The translations under genes were made by a program, and so were the position numbers. 29,555 nucleotides of DNA from Nanopusillaceae archaeon (GTDB lineage: Archaea > Nanobdellota > Nanobdellia > Nanobdellales > Nanobdellaceae): contig JAVYNJ010000004.1 of the NCBI GenBank assembly GCA_038735675.1, positions 1 through 29,555 of the forward strand, written 5' to 3'. This document shows, in pieces, positions 7,615-16,102 of the stretch. A model generated the notes under the pieces. The model was not told the DNA's origin. It did not search any database and saw only the letters and a list, made by a program, of their open reading frames with translations. Position 1 is the first letter of the stretch. Every line of letters starts with the position of its first letter.

Positions 7615-7940
7615 GAGGATGGATTGTTTTATTTGAAACAATAGTTTCTATAATTATATTAACTACAGCATATTTGGTTTTTATTAATTATGTTAGAAAT
7701 AGAGAGAATATAGAAAATATTGGTTTTAAATTGAATATTGAAAATTTTAGAAATTTCGTTGAAGATTGTTATCCAGAAAAGATTTATGTAATATATAATA
7801 TTTCTTCAGGTACATATATAGTATGTTTAAAAGGAAATTTAGGAGATTTGGAAGATACTAAGAACTATACATTCTATGGAAAGTATTTATTTTCTGGTTA
7901 TAAACAGTACGATCCATTTATTTTAATTTTATACAAATGA
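7611..7940 (+). CDS. Small pilin-like protein (class III signal-like N-terminus)
   Basis: MRG|WIVLFETIVSIIILTTAYLVF has a basic residue then Gly, followed by a hydrophobic helix with Glu at +6. ATGA overlaps occur at both ends. Confidence 0.45.
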   Translation: MRGWIVLFETIVSIIILTTAYLVFINYVRNRENIENIGFKLNIENFRNFVEDCYPEKIYVIYNISSGTYIVCLKGNLGDLEDTKNYTFYGKYLFSGYKQYDPFILILYK

Positions 7941-8383
7941 AGTCACAATATATTCTTATATCAGCAATAATTATAGTTTCGATACTATCATATTATATTT
8001 TGAGTGTTTTAAAAACAAATATTGATATAAAAAGCAACCTCTTTGAATATGTGAAAAATTTTGAAAATGAAATTTTTTATATTTCTAAAAATTTTGATAA
8101 ATCTAAAATTTTAGATTTTGTTCAGGTTTATAGAGATTACTTAATTTCTAATCAATTAGAAATGAAATATATTTGTATTGTTTCAGAAAAATTTTATGAT
8201 AATTCAATAAATGAATGTTCCAATCAAGAGGAAAACTGCTGTTATGTAATAAGAACACCTACATATTTTGAAAATTTAAAATATTGTAACGTCTCTTTTT
8301 TATTTAAGGAAATGAATATGATTTGCATATGTTATAACATTTCTAAAGAAAATAATTTTTATATAAACTTAATATGTGTTTAG
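7937..8383 (+). CDS. Small membrane-anchored Cys-rich protein, possibly pilin-like
   Basis: MKS|QYILISAIIIVSILSYYILSV is a short charged N-terminus followed by a hydrophobic helix. The C-terminal domain carries 9 Cys. It is coupled to the upstream gene by an ATGA overlap. Confidence 0.4.
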   Translation: MKSQYILISAIIIVSILSYYILSVLKTNIDIKSNLFEYVKNFENEIFYISKNFDKSKILDFVQVYRDYLISNQLEMKYICIVSEKFYDNSINECSNQEENCCYVIRTPTYFENLKYCNVSFLFKEMNMICICYNISKENNFYINLICV

Positions 8384-8853
8384 CAATTTTCTATAAAAAT
8401 TTGATTAAAAATTATGTTTGTTTTTATACATAGCTCTCTAGTAAAATTTAATTCTTGGTTATTTAAAATAATATAATTATAAGTGTTTTTTGAAATATTA
8501 TAATAAAATAAAGAACCTCTTTTTTCTATACTTATGTTTATATGAGCAGATTCTGTATTATATTGAGTTCTTGAAGTGTAAGTAGCATATATTATATTTG
8601 AATCATTTAAGAAAATAATTTTAGAGCCTAAAGGTAGTTGTTTTTTAAAAGTAAAGCTACATATCCCGCAATTTCTATAAATGCTTAAAATTGCATGATA
8701 TTCGTTAAGTAAACTAATTATATTTTCAATCTCCAATTTTGTTTTTTCTCTTTCAGTTACGTAATAACTATAATAAAGCACATATGAAAGAGCGAGGAGA
8801 GAAAAAGAAACATATATTAAAAATTCTATAAAAAGACTTATGCTTTTTTTCAT
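8380..8853 (-). CDS. Small pilin-like protein (class III signal-like N-terminus)
   Basis: MKKS|ISLFIEFLIYVSFSLLALSYVL resembles prepilin leaders of the KKGFTLIELLIV type, with Glu at +6. Its stop codon overlaps the stop of the convergent gene (TTAG at 8380-8383). Confidence 0.45.
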   Translation of the reverse strand: MKKSISLFIEFLIYVSFSLLALSYVLYYSYYVTEREKTKLEIENIISLLNEYHAILSIYRNCGICSFTFKKQLPLGSKIIFLNDSNIIYATYTSRTQYNTESAHINISIEKRGSLFYYNISKNTYNYIILNNQELNFTRELCIKTNIIFNQIFIENC

Positions 8854-8910
8854 AAAAATAGTATTTTTTATTTTAATTTAAATCTTTAATTTTATTTTAA
8901 AAATTAAATA

Positions 8911-9390
8911 TTATTTTTTATTTTTTAAAAGCTCATTATAAATCTCTGTTGAAATTTTATCTATAATGCTTCTTCCTAAGTTAGATATAATTCTTCCCTT
9001 TTTTTTACCATCTACAACTTTTACAACCAAACCGCATTTTTCCAATTGCTGTAAAATTAATCTAACAATTTTTCCATATCCTTTTTTAAATTTTCCTGGT
9101 TCCATTCCTCTTTTTCGTAATCCTCCATATTTTTTTCTTAATCTAGATACTCCTATTGGTCCTTTTAAATAAACCATCCTCAATATCGAAGCAGCTCTAT
9201 AATACCACCATCCTGGTGAGTTATCATAGTTTTTATCTGCTGGAAAATCTGGAGGTCTTTCTCTATCCGGACCTGTCTTTACAAATTTTGCCCAATATGG
9301 TGGTTTTAATTCTTCTTTATAATTTTCAAATAAATATTTTGCTAATCTTTCAACTAAAATTTGTCCAGGTACTTCATGAGCTGTTGGCAT
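8911..9390 (-). CDS. rps19e: 30S ribosomal protein S19e (eS19)
   Basis: VPGQILVERLAKYL...PPYWAKFVKTGPDRERPP...WWYYRAASILRMVYLKGPIGVSRLRKKYGG is the eS19 family signature. Confidence 0.9.
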   Translation of the reverse strand: MPTAHEVPGQILVERLAKYLFENYKEELKPPYWAKFVKTGPDRERPPDFPADKNYDNSPGWWYYRAASILRMVYLKGPIGVSRLRKKYGGLRKRGMEPGKFKKGYGKIVRLILQQLEKCGLVVKVVDGKKKGRIISNLGRSIIDKISTEIYNELLKNKK

Positions 9391-9442
9391 TCAAAGAAGA
9401 TTATAGTATAATCTTTAAAAATAAAACTTATTATAATTAAAT

Positions 9443-9661
9443 ATGTATTCTCATACTAAAAAAGTAGGACCAGCAGGAAGATTCGGATCTAGATATGGAA
9501 GAAAGATAAGAGAAACCATAACTGAAATAGAAAGTCAATATAAAAATAAAAGACTTATATGCCCGTTTTGTAATTATTTGTCTGTAAAGAGAGTAGCGTA
9601 TGGTATATGGGAATGCAGAAAATGTGGCAAAAAACTTGCAGGTAAAGCATATACAATATGA
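9443..9661 (+). CDS. rpl37ae: 50S ribosomal protein L37Ae (eL43)
   Basis: TKKVGPAGRFGSRYGRKIRE...CPFC...VKRVAYGIWECRKCGKKLAGKAY is the eL43 zinc-ribbon signature. Confidence 0.9.
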   Translation: MYSHTKKVGPAGRFGSRYGRKIRETITEIESQYKNKRLICPFCNYLSVKRVAYGIWECRKCGKKLAGKAYTI

Positions 9662-9798
9662 TCTATTATTTGTGTATAAATTGTGGAAGAAAAGTTCCAC
9701 ATGAACAGGTTAAAAAAAGAGTGAAATGTCCATATTGTGGAGGAAAAATATTGATTAAAACTCGACCTAATTTTGTAAAACATCTTAAAGCTAGATGA
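9658..9798 (+). CDS. rpoP: DNA-directed RNA polymerase subunit P (Rpo12/RpoP), 46 aa; below the ORF-track size cut-off
   Basis: Hand translation gives MIYYLCINCGRKVPHEQVKKRVKCPYCGGKILIKTRPNFVKHLKAR. The pattern Y.C..CG...CPYCG.RIL.K.R is the RpoP zinc ribbon. ATGA overlaps link it to L37Ae upstream and the next gene downstream. The position after L37Ae is the conserved archaeal one. Confidence 0.75.
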   Translation: MIYYLCINCGRKVPHEQVKKRVKCPYCGGKILIKTRPNFVKHLKAR

Positions 9799-10001
9799 AG
9801 ATAATAATCAAAAATTTAGATATAGATTTTTTAGAATCTTTAAATTTTTTAAAAAACAAAGAAAAGATTTCAATAGATTTAAGTTCATTAGAAATAATTT
9901 TAAATGTAAATTCTATTTCAAAATTAAGGGCAATAATGAATCTGATATTTAGATTAATGAAAATATATGAAGACTTGGGGAGGACCCTGTCCAAATTGTA
10001 A
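9795..10001 (+). CDS. pcc1: KEOPS complex subunit Pcc1-like protein
   Basis: The C-terminal [22 protein letters not shown] resembles the Pcc1 motif (S.LRAa.NS.LRw.kv). Its position downstream of L37Ae and RpoP agrees with the archaeal exosome-superoperon neighbourhood. Confidence 0.5.
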   Translation: MKIIIKNLDIDFLESLNFLKNKEKISIDLSSLEIILNVNSISKLRAIMNLIFRLMKIYEDLGRTLSKL

Positions 10002-10416
10002 TTCTAATGAAACAGAAATAAATTATATAGAATATAATCTTCCTAATGTAGGTAATATTTTAATTTATTCATTTTTATGCAAAAAATGTAATTTTAGATA
10101 TTCAGATATTATCCCACAATCAATAAATTTTAATGAATACGAAATAACAATAAATGGAGCAGAAGATTTTAATAAAAAGATCTATAGAATTCCTGGATTT
10201 AAAATAATACTAGAGGAGGTTGAAATCGAAATAATTAATGTTTCTCAATCAAAATATCTAATCTATACTGTAGATGGATTTTTACAAGAAATTATAGATT
10301 TTCTTAAAACTTTAGAAAAAGAAAATGATATTATAAAAGAAAAAATAAGTTATCTAAAAGAAGTTTTAGAAGGTAAAAAGAAATTAAGAATAATTATAAA
10401 AAAGATTACTTCTTAA
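9967..10416 (+). CDS. ZPR1-type zinc-finger protein
   Basis: [41 protein letters not shown] matches the ZPR1 zinc-finger pattern (CP.C...t....iP.fg.v.i.sf.C..Cg.r..dv). Confidence 0.65.
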   Translation: MKTWGGPCPNCNSNETEINYIEYNLPNVGNILIYSFLCKKCNFRYSDIIPQSINFNEYEITINGAEDFNKKIYRIPGFKIILEEVEIEIINVSQSKYLIYTVDGFLQEIIDFLKTLEKENDIIKEKISYLKEVLEGKKKLRIIIKKITS

Positions 10417-10921
10417 TTACCTTCTTTATATATTCTGTTGCATAATTTTTATCTTTCCAATCCTTAATCTTTACCCACTTTCCAGGTTCTAATTCTTTAT
10501 AGTGTTCAAAGAAATGTTTTATTTCGTTTTTTATAGCTTCTGGTACATCTTTTATATCCTTTATCCATGAAAATCTTGGATCAATCTTATCTAAAAGTAC
10601 GGCAATTAATTTTTCATCTTTTCCTTTTTCATCCTCCATTTCTAATAATCCTATTGGTCTTACTTTAACAACACTTCCAGGAAGTAAAGGATCTGAAGAA
10701 ATTATTAAAACATCTAAGGGATCTCCATCATCACATAATGTATTTGGAACAAAGCCATAGTTAAATGGATAATGCATACTTGTATATAATATTCTATCAA
10801 CAACCAATGTTCCTAATTCCTCATCATATTCATATTTTATTCTACTTCCCTTACTTATTTCTATTACAACATAAAGTTCTTCAGGTGGTTTAGGACCAGG
10901 AGGTAAATTTTTAAGTCCCAT
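10406..10921 (-). CDS. ppa: Inorganic pyrophosphatase (family I)
   Basis: [54 protein letters not shown] is the soluble PPase signature. Confidence 0.9.
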   Translation of the reverse strand: MGLKNLPPGPKPPEELYVVIEISKGSRIKYEYDEELGTLVVDRILYTSMHYPFNYGFVPNTLCDDGDPLDVLIISSDPLLPGSVVKVRPIGLLEMEDEKGKDEKLIAVLLDKIDPRFSWIKDIKDVPEAIKNEIKHFFEHYKELEPGKWVKIKDWKDKNYATEYIKKVIKK

Positions 10922-11302
10922 TTATTTTTGAGTTTCTTGTTCACTTACACCAGAAGATATTTCTTTTATCCTCCATATTTTAGCAAAGGAAGGAGTAGCT
11001 ATAATCCAATCGTTTCCAACTCCAACAATATCCCCATTAATTGCATTTATTACAGATTTTATTCTGTTTATAACTTTTTTTAGTTCTACAATATCTTTTT
11101 CTTCTTTTAATTTTCTAATATCTATAAAGGCAATTGTATTTCCTTCTCTTAAAGTATCTACAACTGCTTTTACATCAGAAGAGTCTTTTAATACGAATAC
11201 TCTAACCCAAATTTTTGTTTCTTCAGCTTTTTTTATCGGGACAATTTCAATATAATCTTTAACTTTTTCTTCCTTTTTCTTAAAGAAGGGTAAAGATACC
11301 AT
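10922..11302 (-). CDS. sepF: SepF-like cell-division protein (DUF552 family)
   Basis: VLKDSSDVKAVVDTLREGNTIAFIDIRKL......LKKVINRIKSVINAINGDIVGVGNDWIIATP follows the SepF core pattern. Confidence 0.65.
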   Translation of the reverse strand: MVSLPFFKKKEEKVKDYIEIVPIKKAEETKIWVRVFVLKDSSDVKAVVDTLREGNTIAFIDIRKLKEEKDIVELKKVINRIKSVINAINGDIVGVGNDWIIATPSFAKIWRIKEISSGVSEQETQK

Positions 11303-11336
11303 AATTATTTTTTAGTTTGATAAAATTTTTAATATA

Positions 11337-11690
11337 TTATTTGTTAGTCTTTTCTGATGTTCTAAGAAGTTTTTCTATTTCGTTTTGCAAAATTGTTAAC
11401 TTTTCTCTTAGTTGTCTTTCCTGTTTATCTATAGATTGTAACCTTATATTTAGAATATCTTTCTTCTCTTTTAATTCTTCTAATAATTTATTTTTATCTT
11501 TTTTTATTAAAACATTACCAACTAATTTGAATATAATCTCTCCTTCTTTTAAATTCTCTAATTCCTTTATAGCATTTTCAACTTCGATTAAATCTTCCTC
11601 TAATTTTTGTTTTTGATACAAAAATGCTAGATAAGTTTGTCTTAATGTCTCGAATTCTTCTAATTTTTTGTTAATAAGTTCCTCATTCAT
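11337..11690 (-). CDS. pfdB: Prefoldin subunit beta
   Basis: It is a coiled-coil protein with a central IIFKLVGNVLIKKDKNKLLEELKEKKDILNIRLQSIDKQERQL block, which matches the prefoldin beta hairpin region. Confidence 0.8.
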   Translation of the reverse strand: MNEELINKKLEEFETLRQTYLAFLYQKQKLEEDLIEVENAIKELENLKEGEIIFKLVGNVLIKKDKNKLLEELKEKKDILNIRLQSIDKQERQLREKLTILQNEIEKLLRTSEKTNK

Positions 11691-11718
11691 CTTATTATAA
11701 ATTACACAAAAAATTAAA

Positions 11719-13455
11719 TTACTTATGCATAAATATAAATTTGTCTTTTTCTTTTTTCAAGAAGCCATATCTTATGGCATGTATAATTTCTCCATCATTT
11801 ACAAATTTTAAATTAGATTCTCCAATAGCATTGATAATACCTGAAGGTTCTAAAATTTTAATATTTATAGAATCCTCTTCTGAAACCCACTGAACTATTT
11901 TTGCATTTATTTTCTTTGCATCCTCCAAACTATCACTTATATATTTGCATATTGCCTTATCTTCTTCTATTTTTTCTACTTCAATATTAAAAGCATCCAT
12001 TAATCGTAAGTATTTGTTATTTAATACGTCTGACTTTTCTAAATAGAAAATATTGCTTTTTATTATGATTTTTCTTTCACCTAAATCTTCTTTTGGATGA
12101 TTTTTAAGTATAACTTCTTTTGGAATTTTTATATTTCTAATAATAACTTTTATAGGATTTCTTATTATAAAAAATCTTTTTGAAAAACTATCAATTATCT
12201 CTCTGTTATAAGAATGTATTCTTTCCCAATCAATATAAGAATCTACTAAAGAAATTCCAATTTCCAAAACATATTTTTTTATTGCTTTAGGTTGTATTCC
12301 TCTTCTTCTTAAAGCCATTAAAGTTGCTAAAAATGGATAATCCCAACCATCAATTTTGCCTTCATTTATTAATTTCCTTATTTCTGATTTATGCAAAGGA
12401 ACGTCTTTTACTAAAAAAGCGCCATAATTTATAATTTTTGGCATTTTCCATCCAAAATAGTCAAATATATATTTTTGTTTATATGTATTTACTTCATGTT
12501 CCTTCATTCTAAATACGTGAGTAATCTCCATAAGATGGTCGTCAATAGATACGGAAAAATTATATGTTGGCCAAACCCAAAATTTTTTTGCATAATTTTC
12601 GCCATATTTATATAATAACCAAGGATGGGGATTTTTTTCAGGATTTATTACTCTAAATGCAATCCAATCTCTTATTGATGGATTTGGATGATTAATATCT
12701 GTTTTTATTCTTAAAACAGCTTGACCCTCATCATATTCTCCGTCTAACATTTTTTTAAATTGCTCTAAATTCCAATCAATATCTTTACTTCTATGTTCGC
12801 AGGCAATTCCTTTTTTTCTATTATCTTTTATTTTTTCGCTATTACATAAATCTACATAGGCGTATCCCAATTCAATTAATTTTTTTGCATAAGTATAATA
12901 TATATTCAATCTTTCTGATTGTATATATATTTCATCAATTTTATCTTCAATTAACCATTCTACATCATGAATTATTTTTTCATATGCTTCAATCAAAGGT
13001 TTTTTGACTTTTGGATCTGTATCTTCAAGTCTTAAAATAAACTTTCCATTATACTTTTTAGCAAAATAATAACTTAAAACTATGGCTTTTGCATGTCCTA
13101 TATGTAAATATCCTGAAGGATTTGGAGCAAATCGGGTTTTAACCTTTCCATATTCTGCCTCTTCTAAATAATCGATTTTATCTTTTTTTTCTTCCTTTTT
13201 TGCTGCTAAAATTTCTGGGAATTCATTTTCTAAAATTATCTTAGCCTTTTCTTTATCAATTATATTAATTTTTTCAACAATTTCCTTAATCTTTGGTATA
13301 TATTTTTTGATATCTTTTTTAATTTCTGGAATTTCTGCAACTACTTTAGATACAACAGAATTTAAGTCTATTTTATCATATTTTACTTTACAAAATAATG
13401 CCCATTTTTTTGCTATATCTTCAAAATTCATTTTTAAAATATTTTTATTGCCCAA
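11719..13455 (-). CDS. gltX: Glutamate--tRNA ligase (archaeal type)
   Basis: RFAPNPSGYLHIGHAKA (HIGH motif) and the overall layout match archaeal GluRS. The true start may be the second Met (13431), which would remove the 22-nt overlap with spt4. Confidence 0.85.
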   Translation of the reverse strand: MGNKNILKMNFEDIAKKWALFCKVKYDKIDLNSVVSKVVAEIPEIKKDIKKYIPKIKEIVEKINIIDKEKAKIILENEFPEILAAKKEEKKDKIDYLEEAEYGKVKTRFAPNPSGYLHIGHAKAIVLSYYFAKKYNGKFILRLEDTDPKVKKPLIEAYEKIIHDVEWLIEDKIDEIYIQSERLNIYYTYAKKLIELGYAYVDLCNSEKIKDNRKKGIACEHRSKDIDWNLEQFKKMLDGEYDEGQAVLRIKTDINHPNPSIRDWIAFRVINPEKNPHPWLLYKYGENYAKKFWVWPTYNFSVSIDDHLMEITHVFRMKEHEVNTYKQKYIFDYFGWKMPKIINYGAFLVKDVPLHKSEIRKLINEGKIDGWDYPFLATLMALRRRGIQPKAIKKYVLEIGISLVDSYIDWERIHSYNREIIDSFSKRFFIIRNPIKVIIRNIKIPKEVILKNHPKEDLGERKIIIKSNIFYLEKSDVLNNKYLRLMDAFNIEVEKIEEDKAICKYISDSLEDAKKINAKIVQWVSEEDSINIKILEPSGIINAIGESNLKFVNDGEIIHAIRYGFLKKEKDKFIFMHK

Positions 13456-13637
13456 ATACCCGGTTTTAGGTTTTTTCTTTTTGAAATTTCGGAATTTTCA
13501 GGATTTATTATTATTACAAATCCACTAAATTCCTCTGAAAAATCTTTAGATCCACAATACGGACATTGAATAACATTCGGTAATAATATTGCTTTACAAT
13601 TTCTACATACTTTTTTCTTTTGGATTTTTCTTGGCAT
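13434..13637 (-). CDS. spt4: Transcription elongation factor Spt4 (RpoE'')
   Basis: The zinc ribbon CRNC...CPYCGS is followed by FSGFVIIINPENSEISKRKNLKPGIWAIKI (Spt4 pattern w.G.v.i.dPe.S.ia..l......G.YAikv). It sits directly downstream of rpoE', as in other archaea. Confidence 0.75.
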   Translation of the reverse strand: MPRKIQKKKVCRNCKAILLPNVIQCPYCGSKDFSEEFSGFVIIINPENSEISKRKNLKPGIWAIKIF

Positions 13638-14179
13638 TATTTTTTCTTGCTTTTTTCTTCAAGCCATTCTATTTTTCCTAATCCTGGTTGTTTCATTGTT
13701 AAAGATACTCTAATATTAGTTATATCTTTATAACTTACGGTTATAACTCTTGCTTTTACTATATCTCCAATTTTTAAAACTTTGTTTGTTTTTTTACCAA
13801 CTAAAGCTTCCTTTCCACTGATGGAAACTTCGTCATCCATTACTTGTGATATATGTACAAGACCATCTATAGGACCAATATTTAAAAATACTCCAAAATC
13901 AGCAATTCCAGATACAATTCCATAAGTTAGCTCATTTATTTCTGGTTTGTAAGTGTAAGCACTGAATACAACTTTATAATATACTCCCCCATCTTCTGGT
14001 ATTACAACTCCCAAATCAACTTTCTCTATATCTTTTATTGCTATAATTATTCCAATATCTTTTCTTACTAATCCAATATATGAAGAAATTAATATGTTCT
14101 TTATATTTTCTATTTCATTTTCACCAAGTTCTTTTGGAGGTATTCTAACTACGTCCTCTATCTTAGTTTCATAAAACAT
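13637..14179 (-). CDS. rpoE: DNA-directed RNA polymerase subunit E' (Rpo7)
   Basis: The N-terminal MFYETKIEDVVRIPPKELG, followed by the S1 domain GIVSGIADFGVFLNIGPIDGLVHISQVMDD, matches Rpo7. Confidence 0.8.
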   Translation of the reverse strand: MFYETKIEDVVRIPPKELGENEIENIKNILISSYIGLVRKDIGIIIAIKDIEKVDLGVVIPEDGGVYYKVVFSAYTYKPEINELTYGIVSGIADFGVFLNIGPIDGLVHISQVMDDEVSISGKEALVGKKTNKVLKIGDIVKARVITVSYKDITNIRVSLTMKQPGLGKIEWLEEKSKKK

Positions 14180-14187
14180 TGTAAAAA

Positions 14188-14212
14188 TTCTATATAAAAA
14201 ATTTATAAAATA
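14188..14212. promoter_or_regulatory. Putative back-to-back TATA boxes in the 43-nt divergent spacer between rpoE' and the primase gene
   Basis: The sequence ttctatataaaaa (14188-14200) lies about 25-30 nt upstream of the ATG at 14223. The sequence atttataaaata (14201-14212, read on the minus strand) lies about 25-30 nt upstream of the start at 14179. Specificity is low in AT-rich DNA. Confidence 0.3.
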
Positions 14213-14222
14213 TTATTTTATA

Positions 14223-15575
14223 ATGAGTTTAAAAAGAAAGATAAAGGAATTTTATGCTTCAAATTCTGAAGTAATCGAAGATATAGTAATCGTATCTAAA
14301 AATAGGGAAGTTGCATATCTACTAGAAAATAATAAATTCGGTCAAAGACCATCTATAATAGAAAATAAAGGAGATATATTTTCTTATATAGATAAAGGAG
14401 CAATATCTTTTCATATATCTTTAGAAAGATGGTCGGATCCAATGTTGTTAGAAAATGTAAAGTCTAGGAAAGAATTGGAAGAAATAAGAATAGGTTGGGA
14501 TCTAATTATCGATATTGATTCAAAATCTGTAGATATAGGAAAAATCGTTACAAGAAATATTATTAACTTTTTAGAAAATAAAGGAATAAAAAAAATATAT
14601 CTAAAATATTCGGGTGGAAAAGGATTTCATATTGCTATTCCTTGGGAAATTTTTCCAAAAAGAATTGATTATTTAAAAAAAGGAGAAATTGTTGAAGAAG
14701 ATACAGTAAAACTTTTTCCAGATATTGCTAGAATTATTGCTATGTATTTGGTTGAAAAAATAAAAGAAAAAGTAGAAGACGAAATATTAAAAAAATTTCC
14801 AGAGATTGAAAAGGAAAAAAACGAAAAGGAATTGTTTTTTTCCGTTGTAGAAATAGATACTATTGCTATTTCTAATAGACACTTAATAAGATGCTTATAT
14901 TCTATAAATGAAAAAACTGGAAGATTATCTATTCCAGTTGATATTAAAAATTTAGAGAATTTTAATCCAGAATACGCCACTCTTGATAATTTTATATATG
15001 AAGGAATCCCATTTTTAACAGAGGAAATCAAAGAAAGAGAAGAAGCAGAAAAACTATTTAGAGATGCAATAAATTGGAAAATAAATAAAGATTTGTTTTC
15101 AATAGAATATATAGTAAAAACGGTAAATAAAATAGAAACTAAAAAAATAGAAAAGGAGCTTATTAAAGAAAAAAGAAAGCATAGAGAAAAAATTACTGAA
15201 GATTATTTTCCTCCATGTATAAAAAATATTTTATCTGGAATAGATGATGGTAGAAAGAGATCAGTATTTATATTAATAAATTTTTTGTATCATATAGGAT
15301 GGTCATATGAAGAAATAGAGAAAAAAATTAAAGAATGGAATAATAATCTTAATGATCCTTTGAGAGAAAGATATGTAGAATATCAGTTAGAATGGCATAA
15401 GAAAATATATAATTCTAAAAAATATTATTTACCTCCAAATTGTAATAATGATATGTATTACAAAGAAATCGGTGTTTGTCAACCAGATAATATTTGCAAA
15501 TATATTAAGAACCCCTTACTTTATCCATATAAAAAATTAAAGTTAAGTAAAGATAAAACTATAAATTCTTCTTAG
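14223..15575 (+). CDS. priS: DNA primase: PriS catalytic domain fused to a PriL C-terminal-domain-like (4-Cys) region
   Basis: Catalytic motifs are WDLIIDIDSK (DxD), YSGGKGFHIAIPWE (SGxxGxH) and RCLYSINEKTGRLSIP. The C-terminal part contains PPCIKNIL...GRKRSVFILINFL plus three further Cys (PPNC, GVC, NIC). Confidence 0.7.
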   Translation: MSLKRKIKEFYASNSEVIEDIVIVSKNREVAYLLENNKFGQRPSIIENKGDIFSYIDKGAISFHISLERWSDPMLLENVKSRKELEEIRIGWDLIIDIDSKSVDIGKIVTRNIINFLENKGIKKIYLKYSGGKGFHIAIPWEIFPKRIDYLKKGEIVEEDTVKLFPDIARIIAMYLVEKIKEKVEDEILKKFPEIEKEKNEKELFFSVVEIDTIAISNRHLIRCLYSINEKTGRLSIPVDIKNLENFNPEYATLDNFIYEGIPFLTEEIKEREEAEKLFRDAINWKINKDLFSIEYIVKTVNKIETKKIEKELIKEKRKHREKITEDYFPPCIKNILSGIDDGRKRSVFILINFLYHIGWSYEEIEKKIKEWNNNLNDPLRERYVEYQLEWHKKIYNSKKYYLPPNCNNDMYYKEIGVCQPDNICKYIKNPLLYPYKKLKLSKDKTINSS

Positions 15576-15610
15576 AAGTTTTATATTTTTAGAAAAACAA
15601 AAATAATTAA

Positions 15611-16102
15611 ATGCCAAAAGAAAGAGTAGTCGATGGTCTTACATTTTCATATTCTGGGATAATAAACTTTGTAGATTTATATAAATCATTAAAAAATTTT
15701 TGGGAAGAAAAAGGATACGATTTTATAGAAAAAAAGCATGAGGAAAAGATATTTGAGGATGGAACTAAAAGTATTAAATATGAATGGTATTGTGAAAAAA
15801 AAGTAACAGATTACGCAAAATATATTTTTGAGTGGACTATTTCAATAGAAAAATTAAGATTAATAAAAAAAGAAGGCATAACACATGAATATGCAGAGAA
15901 TTTACTTTTAAAAATAAATGGTGATTTAGAGTTAGATTATGATAAATATTTTGGAGATAAACCATTTGGAATATTTTTAAGAGCTCTTTTTGAAAGATAT
16001 TTAGTAGGAGATGAAATAAGGACTCATAAGAAAAATATAAGTTCTATTGCAAATAATTTCTTAGATTTATTAAAAACACTAACAGGATCTTATAAAACAT
16101 GA
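15611..16102 (+). CDS. Hypothetical protein (member 1 of a tandem paralog pair)
   Basis: It is a clean ORF coupled by an ATGA overlap to the next gene. It shares the block F....(D)(L/F)Y.SLK....E..G(Y/W) with its neighbour. I recognise no family. Confidence 0.5.
   Translation: MPKERVVDGLTFSYSGIINFVDLYKSLKNFWEEKGYDFIEKKHEEKIFEDGTKSIKYEWYCEKKVTDYAKYIFEWTISIEKLRLIKKEGITHEYAENLLLKINGDLELDYDKYFGDKPFGIFLRALFERYLVGDEIRTHKKNISSIANNFLDLLKTLTGSYKT

Noticed and set aside
3908-8853. The ATPase cluster next to two tRNA genes might be an integrated virus or mobile element, since HerA/FtsK-class ATPases include viral packaging ATPases.
   Set aside because: No integrase, transposase or capsid-like gene is present. 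I found no direct repeat of either tRNA 3' end elsewhere in the window. The composition is not visibly different from the flanks, and a housekeeping NMNAT gene sits between the tRNAs and the cluster.
9791-9994. A minus-strand 67-aa ORF competes with the plus-strand 9795-10001 ORF.
   Set aside because: The plus-strand ORF has a Pcc1-like C-terminal motif and an ATGA overlap with RpoP in a conserved neighbourhood. The minus-strand translation is low-complexity.
13431-13455. The 22-nt overlap between the gltX start (13455) and the spt4 stop (13434) might be a functional coupling signal.
   Set aside because: A second in-frame Met at 13431 gives a start 2 nt after the spt4 stop and a normal GluRS N-terminus. 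The overlap is probably an ORF-calling artefact, not biology.
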